A stretch of DNA of 64,000 bases from Octopus vulgaris (Eukaryota): positions 174,840,001 through 174,904,000 of the forward strand of contig OX597814.1 in the NCBI GenBank assembly GCA_951406725.2, given 5' to 3'. The position numbers and the translations under genes are program-made. The notes under the pieces are model-generated. The model saw only the letters and a list, made by a program, of their open reading frames with translations, was not told the DNA's origin and searched no databases. Of this stretch, positions 1 through 13,384 are shown piece by piece; within the stretch, counting starts at the first letter, position 1, and each line of letters starts with the position of its first letter.

Positions 1-102
1 AAATTTTAACAAAAACTTCTGATTATATACAAGTATATGGTAATAACTTGCCAGTTCTACAGCTTAGTTATGTTGCCTTTTTCTTTTTCTTTCAAAACTC
101 AG

Positions 103-150
103 ATGTCTGCGAGCTACTTGGCTCAATTTACTTTTTTACCCTGTTAACAG
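103..150 (+). CDS. Candidate 48-nt internal exon of unidentified upstream gene (phase 2/2: CLRATWLNLLFYPVN)
   Basis: Long polypyrimidine tract and ctcag acceptor at 98-102; CAG|gtatgt donor at 151; length is a multiple of 3 and open in the phase used by the downstream exons. The phase-1 reading is also open. Confidence 0.55.
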
Positions 151-1430
151 GTATGTTGATGTATTTGCAATGTGTGTTCTGACCCCTTACCAACATATTG
201 CTGTTGAGAACATCCAGTCTTCAAAACCTTAGAAAAGTTCCTTAATGCTAGTTCTATGAATCGGAAACATTCACATAGATTAGGCTGTTAAGTAGAAAGC
301 TTTAAACGATTGCAAATTTCATCTCTGAATGTAGGCCACTCCTCTAGCTTAAACAGAATTACAGAAAAGCAGTCATCATGTTAAAGTTAACAAAAGTAAT
401 TCATTAAGCTTAGTCATAAAAGCAGTTTTTTAACTCCTAGAAAAAATATTTCTTACACAGCTTTCTATTTTTTACTTGTAGGTTATTGTTATTTTTTTGC
501 TTTTTTTTTTTCGTCATTCCTGCCTTTAATCACCTTCTACACACTTCCAAATGTCTTAAAACTGTCCTTACACAAGGACATACTCTTTATATTTTTGTAA
601 TTCCAAGTTTTGTCTTATCTATTTTTGCTTCAAATATTTTCACTTTGCTTGGTGTGTATGTGTGTGTCTGTGTTAGTGTGCTTGTGTGTTTCTTGAATTT
701 GCAAGATAATTTCCTGTTCAGTTTCAATTGAATAACTTTGTTGAAATCCAATTTCATCTATTATACAACCAACATCAATGTTAATTTGAATTTATATGTG
801 TACATGTATTTGAGTGTAGGGAGATATTGATAACAAATTTAACAATGTAAATACTTTGTCAATGTGGAATGTATAAGCTCAATTAGGAACTTGAATGAAC
901 AAAAATGGGAATTTTTAGGAAGAAAAAATATTATTTTGATAAAAATAATTTAACACAATGGAATGTTGCACTCGGTAAAATTCTTTCCACATGTAATTTT
1001 TATAGTTCAAATTTTACACTTCATAGAATTTTGGTAATTATCTAAACCAAATTAAATAATTTTCCATTTTATATTTTTCATTAATACTTTTTATATGTTG
1101 GTTTGAAACTGAAAAATGAACTTGTTTCTTCTTCAACTTTTTCATGAGTATGAACAACATAGCAATAAAACCACATATATTTGCTATAAATATAATATTT
1201 TAGCTATACAGATTTGTTTCTGTTGATTGCAACTAAGTTTAAATAGGAGAAAGAATATTAAAATACTCTTTTTGCAACAAGATTTGCTTACTCTTTTATT
1301 TGTGAAAATAATACTAAGCAGCATTGTTTAGAGTAAGGAAAGTAGGTTTCTTTTATTCAGAATTGTTCTTTTACATGAGGAAATTTAATGATTGTTCAAA
1401 GTATATCCAACATCAGATATATTCAAAGTA

Positions 1431-2632
1431 TTGGGCCATCCCATAAATAATGTAGTTTTTTCAATTGCATGAACTAAAAGTCGGAGGGGGATGGGATAAA
1501 CTGCTTGCATCAACTTGCTATAAAAGAAGGTAGTAATTTTACCTTGTACTGATTTTTAGTGTAAGTTTTGAAGAGCACAGTGCGATTTTAACAGTTATTT
1601 TTCCAAAGATATAATGAAAGTGACAAAGGAGCATATTCAGCATATTTTGCTTTATGAGTTCAATAAAGACAATAACACAATGGAAAGTGCAAGGAATATT
1701 AATGCTGTATATGGGAATTGAACAATAAGTGAAAGCCAGTGTCAACAGTGGTTCCAGAAATCCCGAGCCAGAAACTACAGCCTAGAAGATGAGCCTCATC
1801 CTGGAAGATCTGTCAAGCTCGACGAGGACATCCTGCAAACCCTGGTGGAACAAAATCCCATCATAACTGTTGAGGAACTAGAAGAAAAGCTTAGATTTGA
1901 TCATTCAGCCATTCCTCGACAGCTGCATGCTATTGGGTCAATGGGTTCCTCACAAAATTTCTGGGTCTAATTGCATGCAGAGAGTGAATGTGTACTCTTC
2001 TTTGCTGTCACATCTCATGAATGAACCTTTCTGGGGGGGACCAAATAGTGACTAGTGACAAGAAATGGGTTCTCTATAAAAATGTTAAGTGCTGAAGACA
2101 GTGGGTAGGGAAAGGAGAAACACCAGCACCCCAGGCTAAAGAAGGTTTTCACCGGTATAAGGTGTTATCTGTTTGGTGGGATATGAAAGGATTAGTCCAC
2201 TTTGGACTTTTAAACCCAAACCAAACAATAACAAAGGAGATCTACTGCAAGCAGCTTAAGTTAACACTAGAAGGAAAATGACCATTTTTTTTTTTTTTTT
2301 TTCTTTATGAAAGGTGTTCTTCCATCAGGGAAACGAAGCCCCACCCACTATATTTGCCGGACATTACCCCATCTGATTATCATTTATTGCACAGTCTTCA
2401 AAATCATTTGGATGGAAAAAATATGAACTTTGTAGAAGAGGTCAGAACAGTACTGGAGGAGTATTTTTTGTCACGGACTAGTGAATTTTGGAAGAGGGGC
2501 CTTGCAAGTCTACCAGATAGATGGATAAGCATTGTAAAAAATGGAGAGTATTTTTTAGATTAAAGAACTTTATCTTAATTTTGAAAAATAAAAGAAGTAT
2601 AATAAAACTGCATTATTTATGGGATGACCCAA
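1431..2632 (+). mobile_element. Mariner DNA transposon, near full-length with dead transposase
   Basis: 29-bp TIRs (TTGGGCCATCCCATAAATAATGTAGTTTT vs reverse complement of the right end, 2 mismatches); TA on both sides (1429-30, 2633-34); transposase remnants from MKVTKEHI (1614), WVPH (~1942), VTSDKKWV, WWDMKG and YLPDITPSDYHL (YSPDLAPSD motif), with frameshifts and stops. Confidence 0.93.
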
Positions 2633-4639
2633 TAAATTACTTCATTATTTTTTTAACACAAGTCCATTTCAAATATTTTGTCTTTTGTGGTAGAATTAAG
2701 GATTAAGTATTTAAATTTCAAGAGTTTTTTTTATTTGGTGAATCTGTGATTCTAAAATCAAATAATTTTTACATTTGAACTTCTAGAGATGAAAATTATT
2801 CTGTTAGTGAAATGAAGATAAGAAAGAAAATGTTGTAAGAAAATTTAAAATTCTAATTTTTCCACATTATTTGGTTGACTCCAAACAAAAAGGATAATTT
2901 TTAAAATTAAACATTGTTTAATGAACATACATTCATTACACTTGCTATACAATTAGGGCTGACTTAAATTATTACATTAGATCAAATATGGTCAGTTATA
3001 CTCATCCAGAGATTGGAAAATTCATCCTTAAACTTTTCTTTTTAATTTTTCTTTTTACATGCATTACCATATATGACCTCAACATTCAGCACTCTTTTTT
3101 TTTAATACTTGAAAATAAACACTTGAAAATATATTAAAATAGGAAATTGTTAGCATCTCAATGTTATTGCAGAACACTTTGCCTTTAGGGTTAGGTGTTA
3201 AAGTTACACACATGCAGAATACACAATCTGACAGTGAAGAGTGTTAGACACCAAAGGCTTACATATATGGAGCTAACATTGTTTGCCTAGAAATTGTCTA
3301 TAATGTATGTGTTTTGAAGTTATAGTTGATTTCTCAGATGAATTAATTAAACTGAATGGTGAAATTTGTGATATGATAGTGTATATAATATTATACAAGT
3401 AGACAAGTTTATGTGACTTCTATCTTAATTGGTAATAAAGGAATAGTCTCTTCCTATGAGAGATTATATTGTGCTTGCATGAGAAGTAAATATAGAAATG
3501 TCAATGACACTAAACTGCCAGGAATATTTGAAAGGTCACTGCTTAGCTTTGTCTTCATGACAATAAACCTTAGCTTAGATAGTATGCAGATCTGTCATAA
3601 GTAATATGCTCAGAAAATCTAGTACCTATTTCTGATAGTCAGATGAACTTAGGCATTGCAGAATAAAATGTTCTGTCTAGAAAGAATTTGAAATGTCTAG
3701 ATTTGAACTCATGACTTATAAGCAGCATCAATTAGAGATAGCAACCATAGTATTTACTGTGGTGAAGTGCTGTCACTACTTTTTAAAAAGATACCAAGTT
3801 ACAGAAAACAACTTTGTTATAAGTGGTAGATACAGTTGTGTGTGCATGCATAACTATGAGGTATTTAATACACTTATCAATAAAAATAGCCCTAAGCATT
3901 CAATGAGTTTTAGGATTGATGGTGATACTGTAATATTTTTCCATATATTACCAAATTGTCCTATTTGACATGTCCTAGAAATTGCTGTAGAAAATTTTTT
4001 TAAATAAAATAAAAGAAGCAGGCAGCGAAAAACAGCTAACCTGAAACAACCAGATAGCAGTAAGCTATGGTAATCATGGCATTGATACAGTCATAAATTT
4101 AAATTCATGATGATTCCTGACTGAAAAAATATATGTTAATATATGAAAGTACAGGAGTTATAAGTAGAAGAAAGTAAAACTTATAAAAAGAATGTTTGAT
4201 TAGATATTAGAAGATTAGGCCTAACAAATAAAATTAAGTTGGTCCAAAACATGGCAAAGATTGTCATGTTGCCGTAAGCAGTTGATGTCTGCAAAATAAA
4301 GTAAATAATAAAACAATACCTATGAAACACAGGATACTATTTTATAGCTTACAAGAACCAGTTGGAAAGCAATTGATCACGTTTTATGAAAGGTGGGTGT
4401 AATTTTTTAGAATAATTTTGCCTTTTATCTATCTAATTCTAATCAAATAGATAAATAACAGGTAAACAGGTAAGTGATACGTTGCCTAGGTGTAAGAGTG
4501 AAGAAAGGTAACTAGCCACTATCAGGTTTACTTCTGTTGTGGATCAAGTTTATCTTTTTAACATTATTACTGTTATTTAGCTCTGAAGAGAGCCTGTTTC
4601 CTTGGCCTTACCAACCCTTTGAGACTGGTGTGATTGATA

Positions 4640-5150
4640 CTGTTGATATTTAACTTGGTGCCTGCATGGAAAATATAGATATACGGAAAGATTCAAATGG
4701 CTGCAGCTCTGGAGAGAAAAGAATTGGGGAAGTGTTTGGTGCAGCAGATGAGAAATAGCAGGAATGATTGCAGAGAGATGAGTGAATCAGATAGGTTTGA
4801 CTAGAGATGGTAACAGATTGTTTGTTCAATGGAGCTAAAATAGTTGCAGTAACAGTAACAGAGAGAAGAATTAGTACATCTGTGAAATAGTGGCTGTAGC
4901 ATCTATACAAGTGACATTTTGCCAGTCATCAGGCTTTTGGGGGAAATGCAATCAATATTTGTATATGTAACGACTGTACCTTGTCAGGTGTTGATACAGG
5001 AGATAATCAGAGTTCAGGAGAGTTAGCATTTTCAGGAAGTTTGTAGTTTTAGCTGTGTGTTGATCATGAGAGGACAGTACAGGATTGTGTCTTTGAGATA
5101 GGCAGCGATTGTTTTTTACCATTCCAAGATGTTTTGGAGCCTTTCTTCAT
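4640..5150 (-). mobile_element. Highly decayed non-LTR retrotransposon 3' fragment (CR1/Jockey-group-like)
   Basis: Minus-strand remnants (LYRCYSHY..., NSFLSRAAA...) resemble the post-RT C-terminal motifs; a similar fragment lies at ~39560-39760. Confidence 0.35.
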
Positions 5151-6149
5151 GTAACTAGAGCAAGTTAAATATGTAGATGCTACCAATTTTGAAGGAAATT
5201 ATACAATATTCCATTAGAGAACAATTGAAGCCACTACTAAACAAATAGCAATCATTTGATATGAAATTCTTGGTAAATTGTCAGGTGTTCAATATTTGAC
5301 TACAAGAAAAATAAAGTAGGTGAGATATGGTACTGCTAACTCCTGGGTTAAGAGTTCACATAAGTTGTAGGTATTTTGTTGTGTTGGTACTGAACTGAAC
5401 ACATTTTACATATCTCAGCTACCAGGACTGACTATCAAATCTCCTAATAAACCTTTAAGAGACTAGTTTCTTAACTACTGGTTGTATGTTCTTGTTTGTT
5501 AGTGAAGGTTTTTATTCTTCAGAAACTCTTTTCATTGTTCAATGTAGTCATTAGTTAAATATATTCAAATATATTCTCAATCTTTTTCCGAGAATAAATT
5601 CTTCTCAATTTAAATATCTTTATATCTAATAGACAAAAAATCCCTGATCTTCTTTTCTTATAAATGAAATAAATACTTAAAATTTTTAACAAGGTGAACA
5701 CTTAAAGCAATTTTATGGTTCTCTACAAAATTTTATTACTTGTTTTCTTATGTAGTAAAGTGTTTTGAAGGTTTGCATAAAAAACATAAATCTATGGATT
5801 TAATGAGCTTTGTTATCACATAGTTTTGGATTCTCTCCCACTGTTTGGCATCTTCAGAAAGTGAGAGTCATCTACTATATCCTCAGCCAAACCAAAGCCT
5901 TCAGAGTGAAATTGGTAAAAGGAAACTGTATGGAAGCCTGTCATGTGAGTGTGTGGAAGCCTATCGTGTGTGTACACGTGCACATGCAAGCATGACTGCT
6001 TAAATTCCCCTATTTTTACATGACATCACCTGAGCAAAACAGTGATCTCATGTTTACATTCCCTATAAATAATATATCATGTATCTCTGCACTTTCAAAA
6101 ACCAGTGAAATAAAAAGAAGTCCCTTAAAAAGAAAAGCAATATTCTATA

Positions 6150-6539
6150 CTAGCAGTATCACCCAGCATTGCTCTGGTTTGTTTCGACCCTTTAGAATTG
6201 GAATTTTTGAAAAGTAAAAAGTTTGCATTATGTAGCTTGTTATTCTCTTTAAGTGAACATTTTTCTGGTTGAAATACACCAAAAAATGGCAACACAGCAG
6301 TCAAAAAATCATAAAAAATAAGGATTTTCATAGAAAAAAAGCACCTTTTTGATGTAAATAATTTTTGGTGTTAACATGGTCCGATTTGAATTTTATCTTC
6401 TATGGAATGAAGAGCAAGCCTTCTTCTATCATACTCTCAATTTTGGTCAACTTGTGCCGCAGGGTCTCGGAGGAGATAGCGTTAGTTGAAGGCTACCAAA
6501 CCTGCCACACACAGACAACTTCAGCTTTATATATACAGA
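6150..6539 (-). mobile_element. Non-autonomous Helitron, family 1
   Basis: On the minus strand: 5' A|TC start, degenerate subterminal GC-rich hairpin and 3' CTAG|T end; second copy at 43162-43530. Confidence 0.7.
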
Positions 6540-6877
6540 TTATAGAATATTGTCTTAAGTCTCTGTCCAACACATGCCAGTATGGAATAACAGACTATGA
6601 ACAAAAAAAATATGTAATGTAAGATTACGTAAGAAAACTGTTTTGTTATTTAGTTGTTTGTAAGTTTAGATTCAACTGGAATATAGTATTTGGTTTTGTA
6701 CATTCGAACTTTCTACTGCTGTAGTTCTCATATGTTAACTGTTGTAAAAGTTGTATTGTTTTCCTGTGAGCTAAGTATCTTCTGTATCTCCGATTCATGT
6801 AATTCACTTGACATCATATGAAGTTTTATCTTGTGAACTATGTTATATATATACCATATAATGCATGATAACCCAAT

Positions 6878-6908
<31 letters not shown>

Positions 6909-7105
6909 AGATAATTAAATGTGATCTTTTTTAACATTCTTTATTCAATAGGCATGAGTATCCTACGTTTCAAGCACTCATTATGCTTTTTGAATATTTC
7001 CCTATCTGTATTATAGCAGTTTGCATGTTAGCTTTTATGTCACTGTATATATTGATATATAAGATGAAACCTGAAGTTTGAACTTGTTAACTAAAACTAA
7101 GTACT

Positions 7106-7151
<46 letters not shown>

Positions 7152-7157
<6 letters not shown>

Positions 7158-7221
7158 CAAAATAAGCAACAAGGATATCCATAGGTTATCCTGGATATCC
7201 TTGTTGCTTATTTTGATTATA
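7152..7221. repeat. Perfect 30-bp inverted repeat with 10-nt loop
   Basis: tataatcaaaataagcaacaaggatatcca / tggatatccttgttgcttattttgattata, directly after a (TA)n tract. Confidence 0.9.
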
Positions 7222-7298
7222 ATCACCCCATTTTGAATTATATGGATAATACCATACCAAATTCTGGTGCCTTTAACTTAAGTACCATATTCAACTGA

Positions 7299-7331
<33 letters not shown>

Positions 7332-8416
7332 TATATACACATGCACATATATATATAAGATCTAAAACTATAGTTTACTACATGTTTGCAGTTCCAAATG
7401 TTATATGCTATAATATAAAGTATGCTGTGGTCATTGTAAAGTGGAAGCTAAGTTTGTCGTAAACCAAGTCCAGAATCTGTCTCCCATTCTCATTTGCAGC
7501 TTTTTCCCTTTGCTTATGTCACTCATTCCTTTGAAAGGACCTCATTGCTGCAACACTCATTTTCTCCACTCCCTGAGTCAGTGCAAAGCCAACTGAAAAA
7601 TTACTTTGCAAACAACCAAACAATAGATTTATTTTGTTTTGTTTTGTTTTTTTTCAAATCAGTATAATATTGATTGATTATATATTTGAATTTCTACGAT
7701 AATTGCTAAAATATTAATTATTTTAAAAATAATTGAAACTTTCCAGAATTAGAACAATTAATTCTAATAATTTGTGTTTGTTACTTCTATGTTACATTTT
7801 GATGTGCAATATTTAATATTCAATAATAACATATTAGCATATATAAAATAAAGAAAATGTTTATTGCTAATTATATTTAGAAGTTAATTCTTTGAATAAT
7901 ATTCTTTGAAGTAAAAGAAACAAAATTAAATGTTTATTTGCCACTGGCCAATTATTATTTTCTTTTTCCTTTTACTATGTGACAGGCTATATAATTGATC
8001 AAATTGACTTCAATATATCAATAGCAAATATTTTATTTATAAAAATAATCACAGCAGGATTTGAACTCAAAGCCATATTGACAAAATTAAACTTTATGAT
8101 GCATCTAATTCTCTGCTCTGTCATTTCATTTCTTTAATCCTTTTTTTTTAATTATTACCATACATTCACTCAAATCATATTAATTTCCAACATTGGCACA
8201 ATGTCACATTTTGATGAAGTGTATAGTTATGACAAGTATTTAATTTATTATCTGAAGAAAGATGAAGAGTACGGTTGGCTTCAGTAAGTTTTGAACTCAA
8301 AAATGTTAAGAGACATAAGGAATCACAACAGTTGTACCGATCCACCTACCTAGAGTATAGTATGCCGACATTAAGTGTAGAACCACTGAAAAATGTACAG
8401 AAACACAAGGAGAGAG

Positions 8417-8448
<32 letters not shown>

Positions 8449-9295
8449 ATTTAATATCAATGCTGTTCATATGGTCTACTGGCCAGAGAAACACTGTTTT
8501 GCTTTGCATCATGTCATTACTGAAATGGGTTAGCTTCCACCTAAAATATGATTCACCAGAATCATGCCCATTAATTTCTTCAGTATTTTTCACATTTTTA
8601 TTATTAATAATATAATAGAGGAATTGGTTGTATTGACCTGCTGGATACTAAAAGCAAATTTCATTTGATATTGAAATTTACTTATTTGCTCATTTAGAAA
8701 TGAGAATAGTTTTTGAATTACAAATCTAGGGGATATCTGCATCATGTCCAAGCAAGCACCTCTACATATACTATTATTATTGACTAATGATAATGAAAAT
8801 CTTGGTGGCTACTTTCCAAGCTTTATTCAACTCAGTTGCTTAGTTACAGTTCAAAATATCATTGCTTTATGTACTCTTACTATGGTCACCTAGATTACTT
8901 CCAGTTGTACTATTCAGTTCCAGTTGTAAGTATGGAAACCTATACATGTGTGCATTAAATAATAGTAACATTATAATAACCATCTATGTCCTTGATTAAT
9001 ATTATCTATATTCTTAATGGCCCTCTTTACAGAACAATACCAATGCTAGTATTTGTAATATTGGGATTTGAGCTAAGTCAATGCCTTAATTTTAGTTAAC
9101 ATGGAGCCTTCTTGCCACGTTGTCTTGTTTTCAGAGATATCCCTGAAAAGGAAACACCAAACAAAAATTGTCTATTATTCATTATTGTTGCTTCTGTTGT
9201 TAATAATTATACTTAATGCTATGTTGACTTTGTTTAATAATGTCTTACTTATTTGTCTGAATTTTATTTCGTTTACTATTTCTTTATTATTGAAG

Positions 9296-9430
9296 TGTAC
9301 GTGATGCCATTTCTTGCAAATCTCCAGTGGATGAAGACAGCCCTGAAAGGATATCCAACATGCCTTCGGTGATAAATGACTACCCTTCAAAACTTCCCAC
9401 ATCACAGGCCAGGGCTAAACAAGTTACAAG
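9296..9430 (+). CDS. 135-nt internal exon of unidentified gene (phase 2/2: VRDAISCKSPVDEDSPERISNMPSVINDYPSKLPTSQARAKQVTR)
   Basis: Pyrimidine tract and aag acceptor; AAG|gtatgt donor; GC-richer than the flanks; open frame matches ORF 9327..9509; symmetric length. Confidence 0.8.
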
Positions 9431-9556
9431 GTATGTTATTTCAACTTCACTGAACAGAAGCAAGCATCTAGAAACTCTTGGCACATACACTCACAGTTTA
9501 TACCTTTGAGTGCATGTGTCTACATTTTAATACATCAAATACTAATTCTGCTTTAA

Positions 9557-9931
9557 GGGGAGGCACCATATTTTTGCTATAGTATTTCAGAATGAAAAAA
9601 TTAAATGTAAATATCAGAGAAAAGGATTGTATTTTAAGATACTACATAATTTTACATATATAACTTTATAAATTAATCGGCAACTGCTTTCCATTTGTTA
9701 AAATTTGAAATTTTAAAGGTTTTCAGGCTATTGTATTTGACTGTATTTTTACCCTTCTTATACTAAAAATAATTGGAATTTGATACAAAAATGTATTTAT
9801 TTAACTGTTTTTATTAAAACGCCTTTGAAAGTCTATGATATTTCAAATGTATTTTGTTGCAAATGAGCAAATTACTACTAAGTAAATAGCATTTTGAAAA
9901 GGAACTGCAATATCTCCATGATTGTCTCCCT
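9557..9931. mobile_element. Possible TTAA-flanked non-autonomous DNA transposon (Kolobok-like RR termini)
   Basis: TTAA|GGGGAGGCA at the left and TGTCTCCCT|TTAA at the right; only a short imperfect TIR. Confidence 0.3.
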
Positions 9932-10137
9932 TTAAAGATTTTTTTTTTTTCATATTAAAAATTAACGATTTTAATCAAACATTTATCCTATCAAAACATT
10001 TAAAAGTGGTGTAGAAAATCATTTTGCTTTCCATCAGAACTAGATTGTTAAGTAATTTGTAGCTAATTCTTAAATTTGATATTGAGTAAAATATCAGAAA
10101 GGTTTTGTATTTATACAACACCATGTGCACACACACA

Positions 10138-10177
<40 letters not shown>

Positions 10178-10634
10178 CACAAACATATATCATACACAAT
10201 TTTTATAGTTATAATAATCAATTTCTTTTTAATATCACCCCTTAATTTATTTAAGACATAATTTTTTTATTTCCTTCTGTGAAGCAGTATGTATATATAC
10301 ACACACACATATATAGATATAGTCATAAGTGCATCATAAGTATAAACAATATAAACAGTAGCATAATGGCTGTGCAGTTAAGGTGCTGAATTGCAGACCA
10401 CATCACCATGGGTTCAAACCTTATTGTTGCACTATTGTCCTGTAGTCCTGAACAAGGCTTATCAGTTTGCATAAGTAGTAAAAGTAAGTTCCTCTCCTTC
10501 ACATTTGAGTGGTTTGTGACAAGAAAGATATTCATTGCTCCATCAAAAACCATTCCACTTTCACTAGTATGGAAAAGTTCATGTAATAGATGCACACATC
10601 AAACATTTTTTTTATTTCTTTCATTTAAACTAGA

Positions 10635-10820
10635 GGTGCAGGGGTGGCTGTGTAGTAAGTAGCTTGCTAACCAACCACATGGTTCCGGGTTCAGTCCCAC
10701 TATGTGGTACCTTGGGCAAGTGTCTTCTACTATAGCCTTGAGCCGACCAAAGCCTTGTGAGTGGATTTGGTAGATGGAAACTGAAAGAAGCCCGTCGTAT
10801 ATATGTATATATATATATAT
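10635..10820 (+). mobile_element. tRNA-derived SINE family A (head and core running into (TA)n)
   Basis: A box TGGCTGTGTAGTAAG and B box GGTTCAGTCC, then ggcaccttgggcaagtgtcttctactatagcc...gaaagaagcccgtcg; more than 10 copies in the window. Confidence 0.85.
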
Positions 10821-11094
10821 GTGTTTCACATGCCTGTCATATTTGGTAGTATATATTGGTATTGCCTGACCCAGAGTATATATTGTTTGACTGATCCAAA
10901 TATTCAACTCATGCCCACTAGCTAAACTAAAGATGATCAGTAGGTACAACAGACAAAATGTTGTTACTATAACAACCAAGATGAGCCTGAATATCTATTA
11001 TTTGAACTGCAGCTAGTCCAAGAAATAGATAATAAACCGCAGCTAGTTCAGCTAAAAAACCTTCAGTGGTGCCCACATAAATTAAGTTACAGGA

Positions 11095-11303
11095 ACTGAC
11101 TGGCCCCTTGCCGGTGGCACGTAAAAAGCACCCACTACACTCTTGGAGTGGTTGGCGTTAGGAAGGGCATCCAACTGTAGAAACTCTGCCAGATCAAGAT
11201 TGGAGCCTGGTGCAGCCATCTGGTTCGCCAGCCCTCAGTCAAAATTGTCCAACCCGTGCTAGCATGGAAAACGGACGTTAAACGATGATGATGATGATGA
11301 TGA
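11095..11303 (+). mobile_element. (GAT)n-tailed SINE family B (RTE-type 3' tail)
   Basis: gtggcacgtaaaaagcacccactacactc...gcatggaaaacggacgttaaac followed by (gat)n; multiple copies. Confidence 0.85.
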
Positions 11304-11389
11304 ATATAAGCAAACCAATTCCAGTTGTCAAGCAATGGAGATTGAGACATACACTCACACATACACACACACCTATATGTATGTATGAT

Positions 11390-11546
11390 GGGTTTCTGTG
11401 TATCAAATTCTCTCACAACACCATAGTTAACCCAGGGATACCAGCCTATTGTAAAAGACACTTGACCAAGGTGCATTGCAGTGGGACAGAACCCAAAATC
11501 ATATCATTGCAAAGTGAGTTTCTTAACCGCACAGCCATGCCTGCAC
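11390..11546 (-). mobile_element. SINE family A, diverged
   Basis: Reverse-complement similarity to 10635-10800. Confidence 0.7.
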
Positions 11547-11967
11547 TTATGTCACTGTATAATAATTATACTTCCCACCTTTCAAAATTTTAAACAAAAT
11601 TTTTGCAGAGTAAAATAGCCAAATGTCAAGAATATTGGATCCTCATCTTAGTTCGTTCCTTAATTTGTACCTCCTGCTGGTGTTTTATTTTGTCTTAGAG
11701 CAAGCTACATTATTGTAGGGGCCTTACTTCATGTAGCTGTTAAGAATAGGTATCAGCTTGCTTTTGTCAATAAAGCTACCAGTGTAATACCGCTATTTCT
11801 TAACCCTGTGAGATTCCTCTCATTCCACTTTCATACTACAAAACTTATAGAAGAGGTTGAATACCAGAACTATGAGCATCTCATTTTCTTGAAAGAAATA
11901 ACTTTTAAGAAATTTATCTACTCAGCAATTTAACAATTTCGTTTTTAAATGTAAAATGACGATTTTA

Positions 11968-12238
11968 TCATCATCATCATCGTTTAACGTCCGTTCTCCA
12001 TGCTAGCATGGGTTGGACGGTTCAACTGGGGTCTGGAGAGCCAGTAGGCTGCACCAGGCCCAGTCTGATCTGGCAGTGTTTCTATAGCTGGATGCCCTTC
12101 CTAACGCCAACCACTCCGTGAGTGTAGTGGGTGCTTTTTACGTGCCACCTGCACAGGTGCCAGACGAGGCTGGCAAACGGCCACGATCGGATGGTGCTTT
12201 TTATGTGCCACCGGCATGGGGGCCAGACGAGGCTGGCA
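11968..12238 (-). mobile_element. SINE family B
   Basis: Reverse-complement similarity to 11095-11303; (CAT)n tail at the left end. Confidence 0.85.
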
Positions 12239-12290
12239 GATAACATTATATATATATATATATATATACATACAGAGAGAGAGAGAGAGA

Positions 12291-12678
12291 GATGCAGGCA
12301 TGGCTGTGTAGTAAGAAGCTTACTTCTAAACCACATGGTTTCAGGCTCAATCTCACTACATGGCACTGCATGGCAAGTGTCTGCTACTATAGCCTTGGGC
12401 CAATCAAAGCCTTGTGAGTGGATTTGGTTGACAGAAACTGAAAGAAGCCCATCATATACGTGTGTGTGTGCCAGCGTTTGTTCCCCTATCTCTGCTTGAT
12501 AGCTAGTATTGATGTGTTTACATGACTTAGCAATTCAGTAAAACAGACTGATAGAAGAAGTGTTAGGCTTAAAAAATAAGTCCAGTCCAGACGTCAATTT
12601 GTTCAACTAAAAAAAAAAACCTTCAGGGCAGTGCTCCATCATGGCAGCAGTCAAATAACTGAAACAAATAAAAGAATA
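12291..12678 (+). mobile_element. SINE family A, full length with 3' tail
   Basis: Family A head, internal microsatellite and tail ...ctccatcatggcagcagtcaaataactgaaacaaataaaagaata. Confidence 0.8.
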
Positions 12679-12687
12679 TGTATACAT

Positions 12688-12730
<43 letters not shown>

Positions 12731-13229
12731 GAGTCCACATTACTACATAAGGTGCATAGGGTCAGTTTCCCACTTTCTCTGGCATATAGATTATAAATTA
12801 AGGTTCACACTGTTATTTTTATCTTCTTTCATTTCTCTTTATTCATTTACTAACTTAAAAGCCACACTCTGTGTGCACTTTTAAGCTAGTTCCTGTGGAG
12901 GGCTAACTGGGCCTGCAACCCAAAAGTAAGAGCTAAATAGCACAACTATAATACGTCTATAATGACTATTTGCCCTGGTGGTGTTTGATCAGATGGATGA
13001 GAATCAATTTTGTAATGCAATCGTTTTATTGTTCCAGTCCCAAGTTGAATTCCAACTGTTGGCCATTTTGTCTCAAAGTTCTTATCTCAGTATAAAATTA
13101 ATGAAGCAAATGTCATTCATCTTTCCCTTGATCTCTGACATCATCTGACAAACGCCAACCAAGCTGGCATGAATCAGCCAAGCTTTGCCTGCTAGAAATA
13201 GCAACCCAAATGCTTTAAAATCAAATCCC

Positions 13230-13384
13230 AATGCTGGATGCTCAAGAACCAAATGAAGGGCAGATTTTCAATCTGAGAATCATCCCAATTCCAAAAAGTT
13301 ATAATATGTCTATATAAAGCAAATATAGACTGAGATACAGGGGTCCCAGACAGACAGACAGAATTTCGCTTTTATTATTATAGA
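13230..13384 (-). mobile_element. Helitron-like 5' fragment
   Basis: Minus strand begins TCTATAATAATAAAAGCGAAATT followed by (CTGT)n, typical of non-autonomous Helitron 5' ends; no 3' end found. Confidence 0.4.

Noticed and set aside
482-731. ORF 486..731 preceded by a plausible phase-2 acceptor
   Set aside because: Peptide derives from T-runs and a (TG)n repeat; no coding-like composition.
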